64,000 nucleotides of DNA from Alphaproteobacteria bacterium (GTDB lineage Bacteria > Pseudomonadota > Alphaproteobacteria > MPNO01), in assembly GCA_965248835.1 (NCBI GenBank), contig CBDFLJ010000001.1, positions 1,376,001 through 1,440,000 on the forward strand, given 5' to 3'. The notes under the pieces are model-generated. The model was not told the origin of the DNA. It was given only the letters and a program-made list of their open reading frames with translations, and searched no databases. The stretch's first letter is position 1, and every line of letters begins with the position of its first letter. A program made the translations under genes and the position numbers. Of the stretch, positions 48,344-58,382 are shown piece by piece.

Positions 48344-50938
48344 ATGGATTTCGACAGCTACACCGAGCGCGCCCGCGGCGTGGTCCAGTCGGCCCAGACC
48401 CAGGCGATGGGCCGCGGCCATCAGCGCTTCACCCCTGAACACATCTTGAAGGTCCTGCTCGAGGACCGCGAGGGCCTTGCGTCCGGCCTCGTCCGCAACG
48501 CCGGCGGCGATCCCGCCGAGGTGCTGCGGCGCACCGAGGCTGTGCTCGACGGGCTGCCGCGGGTCGAAGGCGGCAATGGACAGCTCTACCTGGCGCCCGA
48601 GACCGCGCGGGTCTTCGAGGCCGCCCGGGACGCCGGCAGGAAGGCCGGCGACCGCTTCGTGACCGTCGAGCGGCTGCTGCTTGCGCTCGCGCTGTCGAGC
48701 GAGACGCAGGCCGGCCGGATCCTCAAGGAATGCGGCCTCACGCCGCAGGCGCTGAATGGCGCGATCGAGGCCCTGCGCAAGGGCCGGACCGCCGACACCG
48801 CCGGCGCGGAGCAGGCCTATGACGCGCTCAAGCGCTACGCGACCGACCTGACCGGGCAGGCCGAGACCGGCAAGCTCGATCCGGTGATCGGGCGCGACGA
48901 GGAGATCCGCCGCACCATCCAGGTGCTGGCCCGCCGGACCAAGAATAATCCCGTCCTGATCGGTGAGCCCGGCGTCGGCAAGACCGCCATCGTCGAGGGT
49001 CTGGCCCAGCGGATCGTCAAGGGCGACGTGCCCGAATCGCTGCGCAACAAGCGGCTGATGGCGCTCGACCTCGGTGCGGTCGTTGCCGGCGCCAAGTACC
49101 GCGGCGAGTTCGAAGAGCGGCTCAAGGCCGTGCTCGAGGAGATTCGCGCCGCTGAGGGCGAAGTGTTGGTTTTCATCGACGAGCTCCACACGCTGGTCGG
49201 CGCCGGCGCCGCCGAAGGGGCGATGGATGCATCCAACATGCTCAAGCCCATGCTGGCGCGTGGCGAGCTTCATTGCATCGGCGCAACGACGCTGGACGAA
49301 TACCGCAAGCACATCGAGAAGGACGCCGCGCTCGCCCGGCGGTTCCAGCCGGTGTTCGTCGCCGAGCCGAACGTTGCCGATACGATCTCGATCCTGCGCG
49401 GGCTCAAGGAGAAGTACGAGCTGCACCACGGCATCCGGATCGCCGACGGGGCGATCGTTGCCGCGGCCACGCTGTCGAGCCGCTATATCGCCGACCGGTT
49501 TCTGCCTGACAAGGCGATCGACCTGGTCGATGAGGCGTCCTCACGGTTGAGGATGAGCATCGATTCCAAGCCGGAGGAGATCGACGAGCTCGACCGGCGG
49601 ATCATCCAGCTCAAGATCGAGCGCGAGGCGCTTGGCAAGGAGAGCGATCCGGCCTCGCGCGAACGGCTCGAAAAGCTGGAGAGCGAGCTTGCCGATTTCG
49701 AGCAGAAATCGATCGAGTTGACCGCCGTCTGGCAGGCGGAGAAGGACAAGATCGCCGACAGTCACAAGGTCCAGGAGCGGCTCGACCAGGCACGTATCGA
49801 GCTCGAGCAGGCTCAGCGCTCCGGCGACCTTGCGCGCGCCGGCGAGCTGGCTTATGGCCTGATCCCCGAACTCGAGTGCAAGCTCGCCACCGACGGCAAC
49901 GGCCAGGACGGCCGCCGGATGCTCAACGAGCAGGTGAGCGAGGCCGACATCGCCGCCGTGGTCTCGCGTTGGACCGGCATCCCGACGGACAAGATGCTGG
50001 AGGGCGAGCGCGACCGGCTGCTCGGCATGGAGGGTGCGCTGTCGGCCCGTGTGGTCGGCCAGGACGAGGCGGTCGGCACCATCGCCAATGCGGTCCGGCG
50101 CGCCCGTGCCGGGCTCCAGGACCCCAACCGGCCGCTGGGATCGTTCATGTTCCTCGGGCCGACCGGCGTCGGCAAGACGGAGCTCACCAAGGCTCTTGCG
50201 GCTTTCCTGTTCGACGACGAGGCGGCGCTGATTCGCATCGACATGTCGGAGTACATGGAAAAGCATGCCGTCGCCCGGCTGATCGGCGCGCCGCCCGGCT
50301 ATGTCGGCTATGAAGAGGGCGGCAGCCTGACCGAGGCGGTCCGTCGCCGGCCTTATCAGGTGATCCTGTTCGACGAGGTCGAGAAGGCCCACCCGGACGT
50401 TTTCAACATCCTGCTCCAGGTGCTCGACGACGGAAGGCTGACCGACGGCCACGGCCGCCATGTCGATTTCCGCAACACGCTGATCGTGCTGACCTCGAAC
50501 CTCGGCAGCGAAGCCCTGGCCGCCCAGACCGAGGGCGAGGACGTCGAGGCGGCGCGCGCAGGCATCATGGACGCGGTGCGCGCCGCGTTCCGCCCGGAGT
50601 TCCTCAACCGGCTCGACGAGATCCTGCTGTTCCGCCGGCTCGACCGCGGGCACATGGAGGCGATCGTCGATATCCAGCTCGACCGCCTCGCTTGCTTGCT
50701 GGAGGACCGCTCGGTGAGGTTGGCCGTCGATGAGGCCGCCAAGGCCTGGCTCGCCGAGGAGGGGTACGATCCGGCCTATGGCGCCCGTCCGCTCAAGCGC
50801 GTCATCCAGCGGAGCCTGCAAAACCCGCTCGCGACCCTGATCCTCGAGGGCAGGATCCGCGACGGCGAGACGGTACGCATCGCCCGCGGTGCGGCGGGGC
50901 TGACCTTCAACGGCGAAGCGATCGCGCGCGCGGCCTGA
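48344..50938 (+). CDS. clpB: ATP-dependent chaperone ClpB
   Basis: Two AAA+ modules ([16 protein letters not shown]), coiled-coil middle domain, GYVGY, YGARPL. Confidence 0.97.
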   Translation: MDFDSYTERARGVVQSAQTQAMGRGHQRFTPEHILKVLLEDREGLASGLVRNAGGDPAEVLRRTEAVLDGLPRVEGGNGQLYLAPETARVFEAARDAGRKAGDRFVTVERLLLALALSSETQAGRILKECGLTPQALNGAIEALRKGRTADTAGAEQAYDALKRYATDLTGQAETGKLDPVIGRDEEIRRTIQVLARRTKNNPVLIGEPGVGKTAIVEGLAQRIVKGDVPESLRNKRLMALDLGAVVAGAKYRGEFEERLKAVLEEIRAAEGEVLVFIDELHTLVGAGAAEGAMDASNMLKPMLARGELHCIGATTLDEYRKHIEKDAALARRFQPVFVAEPNVADTISILRGLKEKYELHHGIRIADGAIVAAATLSSRYIADRFLPDKAIDLVDEASSRLRMSIDSKPEEIDELDRRIIQLKIEREALGKESDPASRERLEKLESELADFEQKSIELTAVWQAEKDKIADSHKVQERLDQARIELEQAQRSGDLARAGELAYGLIPELECKLATDGNGQDGRRMLNEQVSEADIAAVVSRWTGIPTDKMLEGERDRLLGMEGALSARVVGQDEAVGTIANAVRRARAGLQDPNRPLGSFMFLGPTGVGKTELTKALAAFLFDDEAALIRIDMSEYMEKHAVARLIGAPPGYVGYEEGGSLTEAVRRRPYQVILFDEVEKAHPDVFNILLQVLDDGRLTDGHGRHVDFRNTLIVLTSNLGSEALAAQTEGEDVEAARAGIMDAVRAAFRPEFLNRLDEILLFRRLDRGHMEAIVDIQLDRLACLLEDRSVRLAVDEAAKAWLAEEGYDPAYGARPLKRVIQRSLQNPLATLILEGRIRDGETVRIARGAAGLTFNGEAIARAA

Positions 50939-51041
50939 AGACGGGCGCAGCCCGTCGGCTTGACGCCGCCGGCCCCGCTTCCCGATACTCGGCCACCGGC
51001 GGGCCGCCGTCCGGCGGGCCAGGCAAAAGACCGGGGGATGT

Positions 51042-53114
51042 GTGTTTCGGTCCGTCGAAGGGCTGTTTCGCCCGCGATCGGTGGCGATCGTCGGGGCTTC
51101 GGAGTCCGGCGGCGGCGGATGGGCTCGGGCGATTTACGAAAACGCCGCGCAGGCGGGGTTCCCGATCCCGGTCTATCTGATCAATCCGCGGCGCCAATCC
51201 TTGTGGTCGCAGCCGGTCTACCCGTCGTTTGCGAGCCTTCCCGAACCGGTCGATCTCGCGCTCACGATCATCCCGGCCGAAGGCGTGGTCGACAGCCTGG
51301 CCGAGGGCTTGGCCAACGGGCTGAAGGCGGGGCTGGTCTATGCCGCACGGTTCGGCGAGGGCGGCGACGAGCCGGGCGCGGCGCGGGCGCGCGGCCTGCG
51401 CGCGCTGTGCGACCGGGGTCTGCGGGTCTGCGGCCCCAACTGCATGGGCTCGATCTCGCTGCCCGAGAACCTGCTGTTCTATCCGGCGAGCCGGGTCCGC
51501 GGCCTGCCGCGGGGCGGTGTCGGGGTGATCTTCCAGTCCGGCGGCACCTTCCAGTACTGGCTGCAGCAGGCTGCGGTGCGCGGGCTGGGCTTCTCCTATG
51601 CGATCTCCTCGGGCAACGAGCTCGATCTCGATGTCGCCGACTACCTGTCCTTCATGGTCGAGGATCCCGGGACACGGGTGATCGCCTGCATGCTCGAGGG
51701 AATCCGCCGGCCCGAGCCGTTCAAGGCCGCCGCTGCCAAGGCGCTTGCGGCGGGCAAGCCGGTCGTCGTGGTCAAGGCGGGTGCCAGCGCGGCCGGCCGC
51801 CGGGCGGGCGAGAGCCACACCGGCGCGATCGCCGGCGACGACGAAATCTTCAACGCAGTCTGCGACCGTTACGGGATCGTTCGCTGCCACGGCCTCGACG
51901 ACATGATCGAGGCCGCGCTGATCTTTTCGAAATGCGCGCTTCCCGCGGGCCGGCGCGTGGCGATGGCCGGCTTCTCGGGCGGTGCGAAGGGGCTGTTCCT
52001 CGACTACGCGGCGGCGGCCGGGCTCGCGCTCGCGGAATTCTCGCCAGCGACCAACGCCGCGCTGCAGCCGTTGCTCGATCCTGGGCTCAAGCCGACCAAT
52101 CCGCTGGACACCGGCGCCGGGCTCGCCCGCCAGCCCGGGAAGTTCGCCGAGATCTGCCGGCTGATCGCGGCTGATCCCAACGTCGATGTTCTGTCGATGC
52201 AGGGGCAGCTCCCGGCCTCCGAGCATGACGACGCAAACCCGGAGACGTTCTCCCGCGTTGCCGCGGTAGGCACGCCGGTGATCGCCCATGTCCGGATGGG
52301 CCAGAATGTCGGCGCGGCCGGGCGGGCCTTCCAGGAGGAAGCGGGCATCCCGTTCATACAGGGCCTGCCCGAGACGGTGCGCGCGCTGAAGGCGCTGACC
52401 TTCTATGCGGCGCGGCGTCGGCAGGGGCTGCCCGAAGCGGCGGGGCTCGGCCCGATCGACGACGACATCGCCGCCGCGCTTGCGGCCGCCGGATTGCCCG
52501 CCCCCAAGGGCGCGCTGGCCGCCGATCCGGCCGAAGCCGCGCATCACGCGGCCGAGATCGGCTTTCCGGTCGCGCTCAAAATCGTCTCGCCCGCCGCCAG
52601 CCACAAGACGGAGATCGGCGGCGTTGCGCTCGGCCTCGCCGACGGCGAGGCGGTGGTCCGGGCCGCACGGAACATCGCCGCCCGGCTCGAGCAAGCCGCG
52701 CCGGGTGCGCCGCTGGACGGGTTCCTCGTCCAGCAGATGGTCGCCGGGCTGGAGATTCTGGTCGGGGTCCGCGAGGACCCGCAGTTCGGGCCGTTCATCG
52801 TTGCCGGGCTCGGCGGCGTTGCGGTCGAGGTGCTGGGTGATCTCGCCTTCCGGCTGCTGCCGATCGATGAACACGAGGCGCGCGCGATGCTGTCCTCGCT
52901 GCGCAGCGCGGCGCTGCTGGAGGCGTTCCGCGGCCGGCCGGCGCGCGACGTCGATGCCCTGGTCCGCGCGATGGTGGGATTGTCCGAGCTGTTCCTGGCC
53001 GCGGATCGGCGGTATTCGGACCTCGAGATCAACCCGCTGATGGTGTTGGCGCGCGGCGAGGGCGTGCGCGCGGTCGATATCCGGGCGATCGAACGCGAGA
53101 AGCGGCAATCCTGA
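51042..53114 (+). CDS. NDP-forming acyl-CoA synthetase (acetate-CoA ligase family)
   Basis: PRSVAIVGAS, GPNCMG, QSGG, SHTGAIAG phospho-His, ATP-grasp HKTEIGGV, LEINPL. Confidence 0.92.
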   Translation: MFRSVEGLFRPRSVAIVGASESGGGGWARAIYENAAQAGFPIPVYLINPRRQSLWSQPVYPSFASLPEPVDLALTIIPAEGVVDSLAEGLANGLKAGLVYAARFGEGGDEPGAARARGLRALCDRGLRVCGPNCMGSISLPENLLFYPASRVRGLPRGGVGVIFQSGGTFQYWLQQAAVRGLGFSYAISSGNELDLDVADYLSFMVEDPGTRVIACMLEGIRRPEPFKAAAAKALAAGKPVVVVKAGASAAGRRAGESHTGAIAGDDEIFNAVCDRYGIVRCHGLDDMIEAALIFSKCALPAGRRVAMAGFSGGAKGLFLDYAAAAGLALAEFSPATNAALQPLLDPGLKPTNPLDTGAGLARQPGKFAEICRLIAADPNVDVLSMQGQLPASEHDDANPETFSRVAAVGTPVIAHVRMGQNVGAAGRAFQEEAGIPFIQGLPETVRALKALTFYAARRRQGLPEAAGLGPIDDDIAAALAAAGLPAPKGALAADPAEAAHHAAEIGFPVALKIVSPAASHKTEIGGVALGLADGEAVVRAARNIAARLEQAAPGAPLDGFLVQQMVAGLEILVGVREDPQFGPFIVAGLGGVAVEVLGDLAFRLLPIDEHEARAMLSSLRSAALLEAFRGRPARDVDALVRAMVGLSELFLAADRRYSDLEINPLMVLARGEGVRAVDIRAIEREKRQS

Positions 53115-53162
53115 AGGAGGCGGTTCATGGAAGGTGGGATCGACGGGTCTGGCATGGGCGCG

Positions 53163-54320
53163 ATGAATTTCGATTTGCCCGATGAGCTGCGCATGCTCAA
53201 GGAGACGGTGCGCAAGTTCGTCGACCGCGAACTGATCCCGATCGAGCGCGAGACCTGCGTCGGCAACAAGGTCAAGCCGGAGATCCGCACCGCGCTGGAG
53301 CAAAAGGCGAAGGAACTGGGGCTGTGGCTCTATGACGTGCCCGAGGCGTATGGCGGGATCGGGCTCGGCCTGCTCGCCCGCGTTGTGGTGTGGTCCGAGC
53401 TCGGCCGGACCATCGCGCTGCCGACGCGCAATGCCAGCATCTTCGGGCCCAGCGTGAGCCCGATCCTCTATTTCCTCAACGACGAGCAGAAGGAACGCTA
53501 CCTCAAGCCGGTGATCGCCGGCGAGCGCAAGGCCTGCTTCGCCCAGACCGAGCCCGATGCCGGCGGCGACCCCGGCGCCATGCGCTCGACCGCGGTCAGG
53601 GACGGCGACCACTACGTGATCAACGGCATGAAGCGGTTCATCACCGGCGCGGACGAGGCCGACTTCGCCCAGGTGTTCGCCGCGACCGACCGGTCCAAGG
53701 GCTCGCGCGGCGGGATCTCGGGCTTCCTGGTCGACATGGACACCCCGGGGGTGAAGCTGCTGCGCCCCCAGGAGACGATGATGGACGACCGGCCGTGGGA
53801 GATTGCCTTCGAGGATGTCAGGGTGCCGGCGGAAAACCGCATCGGCGAGGAGGGCGAGGGCTTCAAGTTCGCCCAGAACTGGATCAGCGCCGGGCGTATC
53901 CGCCACGGCGCGCGCGGCATCGGCGTGATGGAGCGCTGCCTGGAGCTCGGCGCGCGCTATGCCATGCAGCGGGTGACCTTCGGCCAGCCCCTGGCCGAGC
54001 GTCAGTCGGTCCAATGGATGCTGGTCGACACCTATGCCGAGCTCCATCAGCTCCGCCTGATGGTGCACAATGCCGCCTGGAAGGCCGACCGCGACGAGGA
54101 TGTCCGCTACGAGGCGTATATGTGCAAATATATCGGCGACACCAAGTCCTTCGAGGCGGCCGACCGCTGCATGCAGATCCACGGCGGCATCGGGCTGACC
54201 ACCGATTTGCCGATCGAGCGGTTCTGGCGCGACCAGCGCAGCTTCGTTATCACCGAAGGGCCGACCGAGATCCTGAAAATGGCCCTGGCCCGCCGCGTCC
54301 TGCGGGAGTATGGCGGTTGA
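53163..54320 (+). CDS. Acyl-CoA dehydrogenase
   Basis: FAQTEPDAG, INGMKRFIT, FEDVRVP, QIHGGIG, ITEGPTE. Confidence 0.94.
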   Translation: MNFDLPDELRMLKETVRKFVDRELIPIERETCVGNKVKPEIRTALEQKAKELGLWLYDVPEAYGGIGLGLLARVVVWSELGRTIALPTRNASIFGPSVSPILYFLNDEQKERYLKPVIAGERKACFAQTEPDAGGDPGAMRSTAVRDGDHYVINGMKRFITGADEADFAQVFAATDRSKGSRGGISGFLVDMDTPGVKLLRPQETMMDDRPWEIAFEDVRVPAENRIGEEGEGFKFAQNWISAGRIRHGARGIGVMERCLELGARYAMQRVTFGQPLAERQSVQWMLVDTYAELHQLRLMVHNAAWKADRDEDVRYEAYMCKYIGDTKSFEAADRCMQIHGGIGLTTDLPIERFWRDQRSFVITEGPTEILKMALARRVLREYGG

Positions 54321-54386
54321 TCTGACCCGCCTTTGGGCTAAGCTTTCACCAGCGGCGGGTTTGCCGAAGAGCACACGGGGGGCCAG

Positions 54387-55232
54387 ATGTCCGACTACAT
54401 CTACGAATGCGTGAAGGTCGAGATTCGCGACGGCATCGCCTGGGCGATCATGAACCGCCCGGAGAAACGCAACGCGATGAGCCCCCAGCTCCATTACGAC
54501 ATGGACGACGCGCTCGAGCGGCTGGAAGTCGATCCCGACGTAAAGGTCGTCATCGTCACCGGCGCCGGCGGCAATTTCAGCGCCGGACAGGACCTGAAGA
54601 AGTTCTTCCGCGAGCTGGAGAACGATCCCTACGAGCGCAAGAAGGCGCAAAGACACGCCAATAGCTGGCGCTGGCAGCGGCTGTACAACTACGACAAGCC
54701 GACGATCGCGATGATCCACGGCTACTGCGTGGGCGGGGCGTTCATGCAGCTCCTTGGGACCGACTTCGCGATCGCGGCGAAGGAGGCGACGTTCTCGCTG
54801 TCGGAGGTCAACTGGGGCATCCTGCCCGGCGCGCTGGTCTCCAAGGTCGTCTCCGATGCCGTCCTGCCGCGCCACGCGCTCTACTACTGCTGCCTCGGCG
54901 AGCCGTTCGACGGCGACGAGGCGGCCCGGATCGGCATGGTGAACTATGCCGTGCCGCTGGCCGATCTGGAGGCCGAGACGATCAAGCTTGCCGAAAAGCT
55001 GATGGCCAAGAGTCCGGCGGTGCTGCGCGCGACCAAGCAGGCGGTCCGCAAGGTCCGGACGATGGACTTCGATCAGGCCTACGACTACCTGGCCGAGAAG
55101 GGCAAGGCGATCAAGATCGGCGATGCCGAGGATTCCTACAACACCGGCATGCGCCAGTTCCTGGACGAGAAGAGCTACAAGCCGACCTTCGAACCGTTCA
55201 AGCTGGGCACGCTGCTCTCCGACCAGCGTTAG
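54387..55232 (+). CDS. p-Hydroxycinnamoyl-CoA hydratase/lyase-like crotonase
   Basis: NRPEKRNAMSP, AGQDLK, WRWQRL, LSEVNWGI, QFLDEKSYKP. Confidence 0.88.
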   Translation: MSDYIYECVKVEIRDGIAWAIMNRPEKRNAMSPQLHYDMDDALERLEVDPDVKVVIVTGAGGNFSAGQDLKKFFRELENDPYERKKAQRHANSWRWQRLYNYDKPTIAMIHGYCVGGAFMQLLGTDFAIAAKEATFSLSEVNWGILPGALVSKVVSDAVLPRHALYYCCLGEPFDGDEAARIGMVNYAVPLADLEAETIKLAEKLMAKSPAVLRATKQAVRKVRTMDFDQAYDYLAEKGKAIKIGDAEDSYNTGMRQFLDEKSYKPTFEPFKLGTLLSDQR

Positions 55233-55287
55233 GCCGGGCCGGAGCGGCCAACCGAGGGTCATCGCCACCTATGACGGGAGGATCACC

Positions 55288-56349
55288 ATGAAGAAGCTGC
55301 TGTTTGCCGCATTTGCCGGCGTGCTCGCCACCGTCGGTGGGCAGGCCGACGCCCAGTTCTACAAGGGCAAGCGGATCACCGTTTTGATCAACTACTCCGC
55401 CGGCGGTCCGACCGACATCGAGGGACGACTGGTCGCCAAGCATTTTGGCAAGCACATTCCCGGCAACCCGCGGATCATCGTCAAGAACATCGCCGGCGCC
55501 GGCGGCATCATCGGCTCCAACTTCATGGGCGAGGTTGCCAGGCCGGACGGGCGGACGGTCGCGATCTTTACCCCGCCGGTAATCTCTCAGCTGCTTGAAG
55601 ATCCCGGCCTGCGGGTGGATTTTTCCAACTTCATCTGGCTTGCCGGCATCGGCCATCCCCAGGTCTGCTACGTGCGCAAGGATGTCGGCACCGGCGTCTC
55701 CATGGTCGCTGACCTGCTGAACCAGAAGGGCTTCAAGGCTGCGGGCATGCGCACCACCTCCTCGCACGACATCCGGCTCAGGATGGCGCTCGACCTGCTT
55801 GGGGCGGACTACAGGTATGTCACCGGCTATCGCGGCCTCGCCAAGGTCGTCGCCTCGGTGATGCAGAACGAAACGCAGTTCTCCTGCGGCTCGGTGCCGG
55901 GCTTCCGCAAGAACGTCGAGCCCAACCTGATAAAGCCGGGCCTTGCGCTCGCGCTGTGGTACTACTCCGCGGTCGATGCCATGGGCAAACAGGTGCGCAA
56001 CCCGCAACTGAAGGGCATCCCGACCTATATCGACGTCTACCGGCAACTCAAGGGCAAGGCCCCCTCGGGTACCAAGTACGAGGCCTTCCAGCTGATCAAC
56101 AACCTCTCGGTCAGCATGCTGCGCGGCTCGTTCGTGCCGGCCGGCACGCCCGATGCGGCGGTCAAGGATCTGCGCGCGGCGTGGGAGGCGCTGGCCAACG
56201 ACAAGGACTTTGCCGCCGATTACATCAAGGTCATCAAGGCGCCGCCGAACCTGATCCAGGCCGCCGCCGCCCAGGCCCACATCAAAGCCGCCGGTCAGGT
56301 CGCGCCCGAGGTCGTCGCCTTTATCAAGGACTTCGTCGGCATCAAGTAG
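55288..56349 (+). CDS. Tripartite tricarboxylate transporter binding protein (TctC/Bug-like)
   Basis: Signal peptide, FYKGK, AGGPTDIEGR, HIPGNP, NIAGAGG, VTGYRG. Confidence 0.88.
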   Translation: MKKLLFAAFAGVLATVGGQADAQFYKGKRITVLINYSAGGPTDIEGRLVAKHFGKHIPGNPRIIVKNIAGAGGIIGSNFMGEVARPDGRTVAIFTPPVISQLLEDPGLRVDFSNFIWLAGIGHPQVCYVRKDVGTGVSMVADLLNQKGFKAAGMRTTSSHDIRLRMALDLLGADYRYVTGYRGLAKVVASVMQNETQFSCGSVPGFRKNVEPNLIKPGLALALWYYSAVDAMGKQVRNPQLKGIPTYIDVYRQLKGKAPSGTKYEAFQLINNLSVSMLRGSFVPAGTPDAAVKDLRAAWEALANDKDFAADYIKVIKAPPNLIQAAAAQAHIKAAGQVAPEVVAFIKDFVGIK

Positions 56350-56426
56350 CCGCGCCGACAGCGTCCGACGGATAGGAGTGCCCGGGCGGCAGGCAGCCGC
56401 CCGGGCGTTTCGTCGGGGATCCGGGG

Positions 56427-58382
56427 ATGTTCGATGCCGCGCTGGCCGGTCTGGTCTCGGTGCTCGCCTGGCCGGCGATCGGCTATCTGTTCCTCGGGGT
56501 CTTCATCGGGCTTTATTTCGGCGCCGTGCCCGGCCTGTCGGGGCTGGTCGGCATGGCGATCCTGCTGCCGTTCACCTTCTCGATGGACCCGGTGCCGGCG
56601 CTCGCCTTCCTGCTCGGAATGTTCGCGGTCACCACGACCAGCGACACCATCGCCTCGGTTTTGCTCGGCATTCCCGGGACCGCGGCCTCCCAGGCCACCA
56701 TCCTCGACGGCTATCCGATGGCGATGAAGGGCGAAGCCTCGCGCGCCTTCGGGGCCGCCTTCACGGTCTCCGCCGTCGGCGGGCTCCTGGGCGCGCTTGT
56801 CCTCGGCGTTTCGATTCCGATCGTCAAGCCGCTGATCCTGTCCTTCACCCAGGCGGAGTTCTTCATGCTGGGCCTGCTCGGGCTCGCCATGGTGGGCTCG
56901 CTCAGCGGCGATTCGATGCTGCGCGGGCTCACCGCGGCATTGATCGGGCTGTCGCTCAGCTTCATCGGCTATGCCGAGAACGGCGCGGTGCCGCGCTACT
57001 GGCTGGGCGCGACCTACCTGCTCGAGGGGTTGCCGCTGATCCCGGTCGTGCTCGGGCTGTTCGCGCTGCCCGAGGTGATCGACCTGGCCATCCGCGACAC
57101 CTCGATCTCGCGGGTGCCGCAGGACAAGGTCGCCGGCGGCATGCTGACCGGCATCGGCGACGCCGCCCGCAACTGGTGGCTGGTGCTGCGCTCGACCGCG
57201 ATCGGGGCCTATGTCGGGATGCTGCCGGGCCTCGGCGGCTCGATCGTCGACTGGGTGGCCTACGGCCATGTGGTGCAGAGCAGCAAGGACAAGGACGGGT
57301 TCGGCAAGGGCGATGTGCGCGGGGTGATCGCGCCGGAGACCGCCAACAACGCCATGAAGGGCGGCGCGCTGATCCCGACCGTCGCCTTCGGCATCCCGGG
57401 CAGCGCCTCGATGGCGATCCTCCTGGGCGCGCTGCTGATCCAGGGCATGACCCCGGGTCCGGAGATGCTGACGGTCAAGCTCGACGTCACCTTCGCGATG
57501 ATGTGGACGCTGGCGATCGCCAACGTCGCCGGCGCGATCCTGCTGATGCTGCTCGCCAAGCAGGTCGCCAAGGTGAGCTTCATCCGCGGCACTCTGATCG
57601 TGCCGGCGGTGACGGTCTTCGTCTTCATGGGCGCGTGGCTTGCCAACAGCAACCTGGGTGACTGGGTGACGCTGATGATCTTCGGCGTCTTCGGCTACCT
57701 GATGAAGCAGGGCGGCGTGCCGCGCCCGCCGATGGTGCTCGGCTTGGTGATCGGCCCGATCATGGAGAACGCGCTGTTCATCACCAATTCGGCCCATGAC
57801 GGGCTCGACTGGCTGGGCCGGCCGATCTGCCTGGTGATCGCGGTGCTGATCGCGCTCACCATCGCCTTCGCCGTCCGCCGCACGGTGACCGCGCGCGCGG
57901 GCGGGACCAGGATTTCGGCCGACCTCGGCCGCGCCGACCCGGTGCTGGCGGTCGCAGCCATCGCGGTCTGCTTTGCCGTGTTCGCCTATGCTGTGGTCCC
58001 GACCTTCTCCTGGCCGGCGGACGTCGGCCGGATCCCGATGGTCACCGTAATTCCGGGCATCGCGCTGTCCGTTGCGGCACTGGTCGTTGCGGTGCGCGAG
58101 CTCGTCAGGGTTTGCGCCTCGGGCGGCGATGCCTTCCCGGTCCGGGGCGAGCTCGGCGCTGCCGGCCGCTTCTTCCTCTGGTGGATCGGCGTCTTCGCCG
58201 TCACGCTGCTGGCCGGCCAGCTCGTCGCCCTGCCGGCCTTCGTCTTCCTGTTCATGCTCTTCTGGGGCCGGTTTTCCTGGTGGAACGCCGGACTCTACGC
58301 CGCGGCGACCTGGCTGTTCCTCTATGTGATGTTCGACCAGGTCGTCGCGGTGCTCTGGTACCCCTCGGTGCTGTTCTACTGA
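56427..58382 (+). CDS. TTT permease TctA with fused C-terminal TctB-like region
   Basis: GAVPGL, GIPGT, LDGYPMA, APETANNA, FGIPGS, then about 150 extra hydrophobic residues; no separate tctB gene. Confidence 0.88.
   Translation: MFDAALAGLVSVLAWPAIGYLFLGVFIGLYFGAVPGLSGLVGMAILLPFTFSMDPVPALAFLLGMFAVTTTSDTIASVLLGIPGTAASQATILDGYPMAMKGEASRAFGAAFTVSAVGGLLGALVLGVSIPIVKPLILSFTQAEFFMLGLLGLAMVGSLSGDSMLRGLTAALIGLSLSFIGYAENGAVPRYWLGATYLLEGLPLIPVVLGLFALPEVIDLAIRDTSISRVPQDKVAGGMLTGIGDAARNWWLVLRSTAIGAYVGMLPGLGGSIVDWVAYGHVVQSSKDKDGFGKGDVRGVIAPETANNAMKGGALIPTVAFGIPGSASMAILLGALLIQGMTPGPEMLTVKLDVTFAMMWTLAIANVAGAILLMLLAKQVAKVSFIRGTLIVPAVTVFVFMGAWLANSNLGDWVTLMIFGVFGYLMKQGGVPRPPMVLGLVIGPIMENALFITNSAHDGLDWLGRPICLVIAVLIALTIAFAVRRTVTARAGGTRISADLGRADPVLAVAAIAVCFAVFAYAVVPTFSWPADVGRIPMVTVIPGIALSVAALVVAVRELVRVCASGGDAFPVRGELGAAGRFFLWWIGVFAVTLLAGQLVALPAFVFLFMLFWGRFSWWNAGLYAAATWLFLYVMFDQVVAVLWYPSVLFY

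Noticed and set aside
50907-55268. 1453-aa minus-strand ORF, and other long antisense ORFs such as 11078-12982, 28501-30300, 39172-41247 and 56295-58988
   Set aside because: They shadow well-supported genes on the opposite strand, show no recognisable motifs, and are expected from stop-codon scarcity in high-GC DNA.
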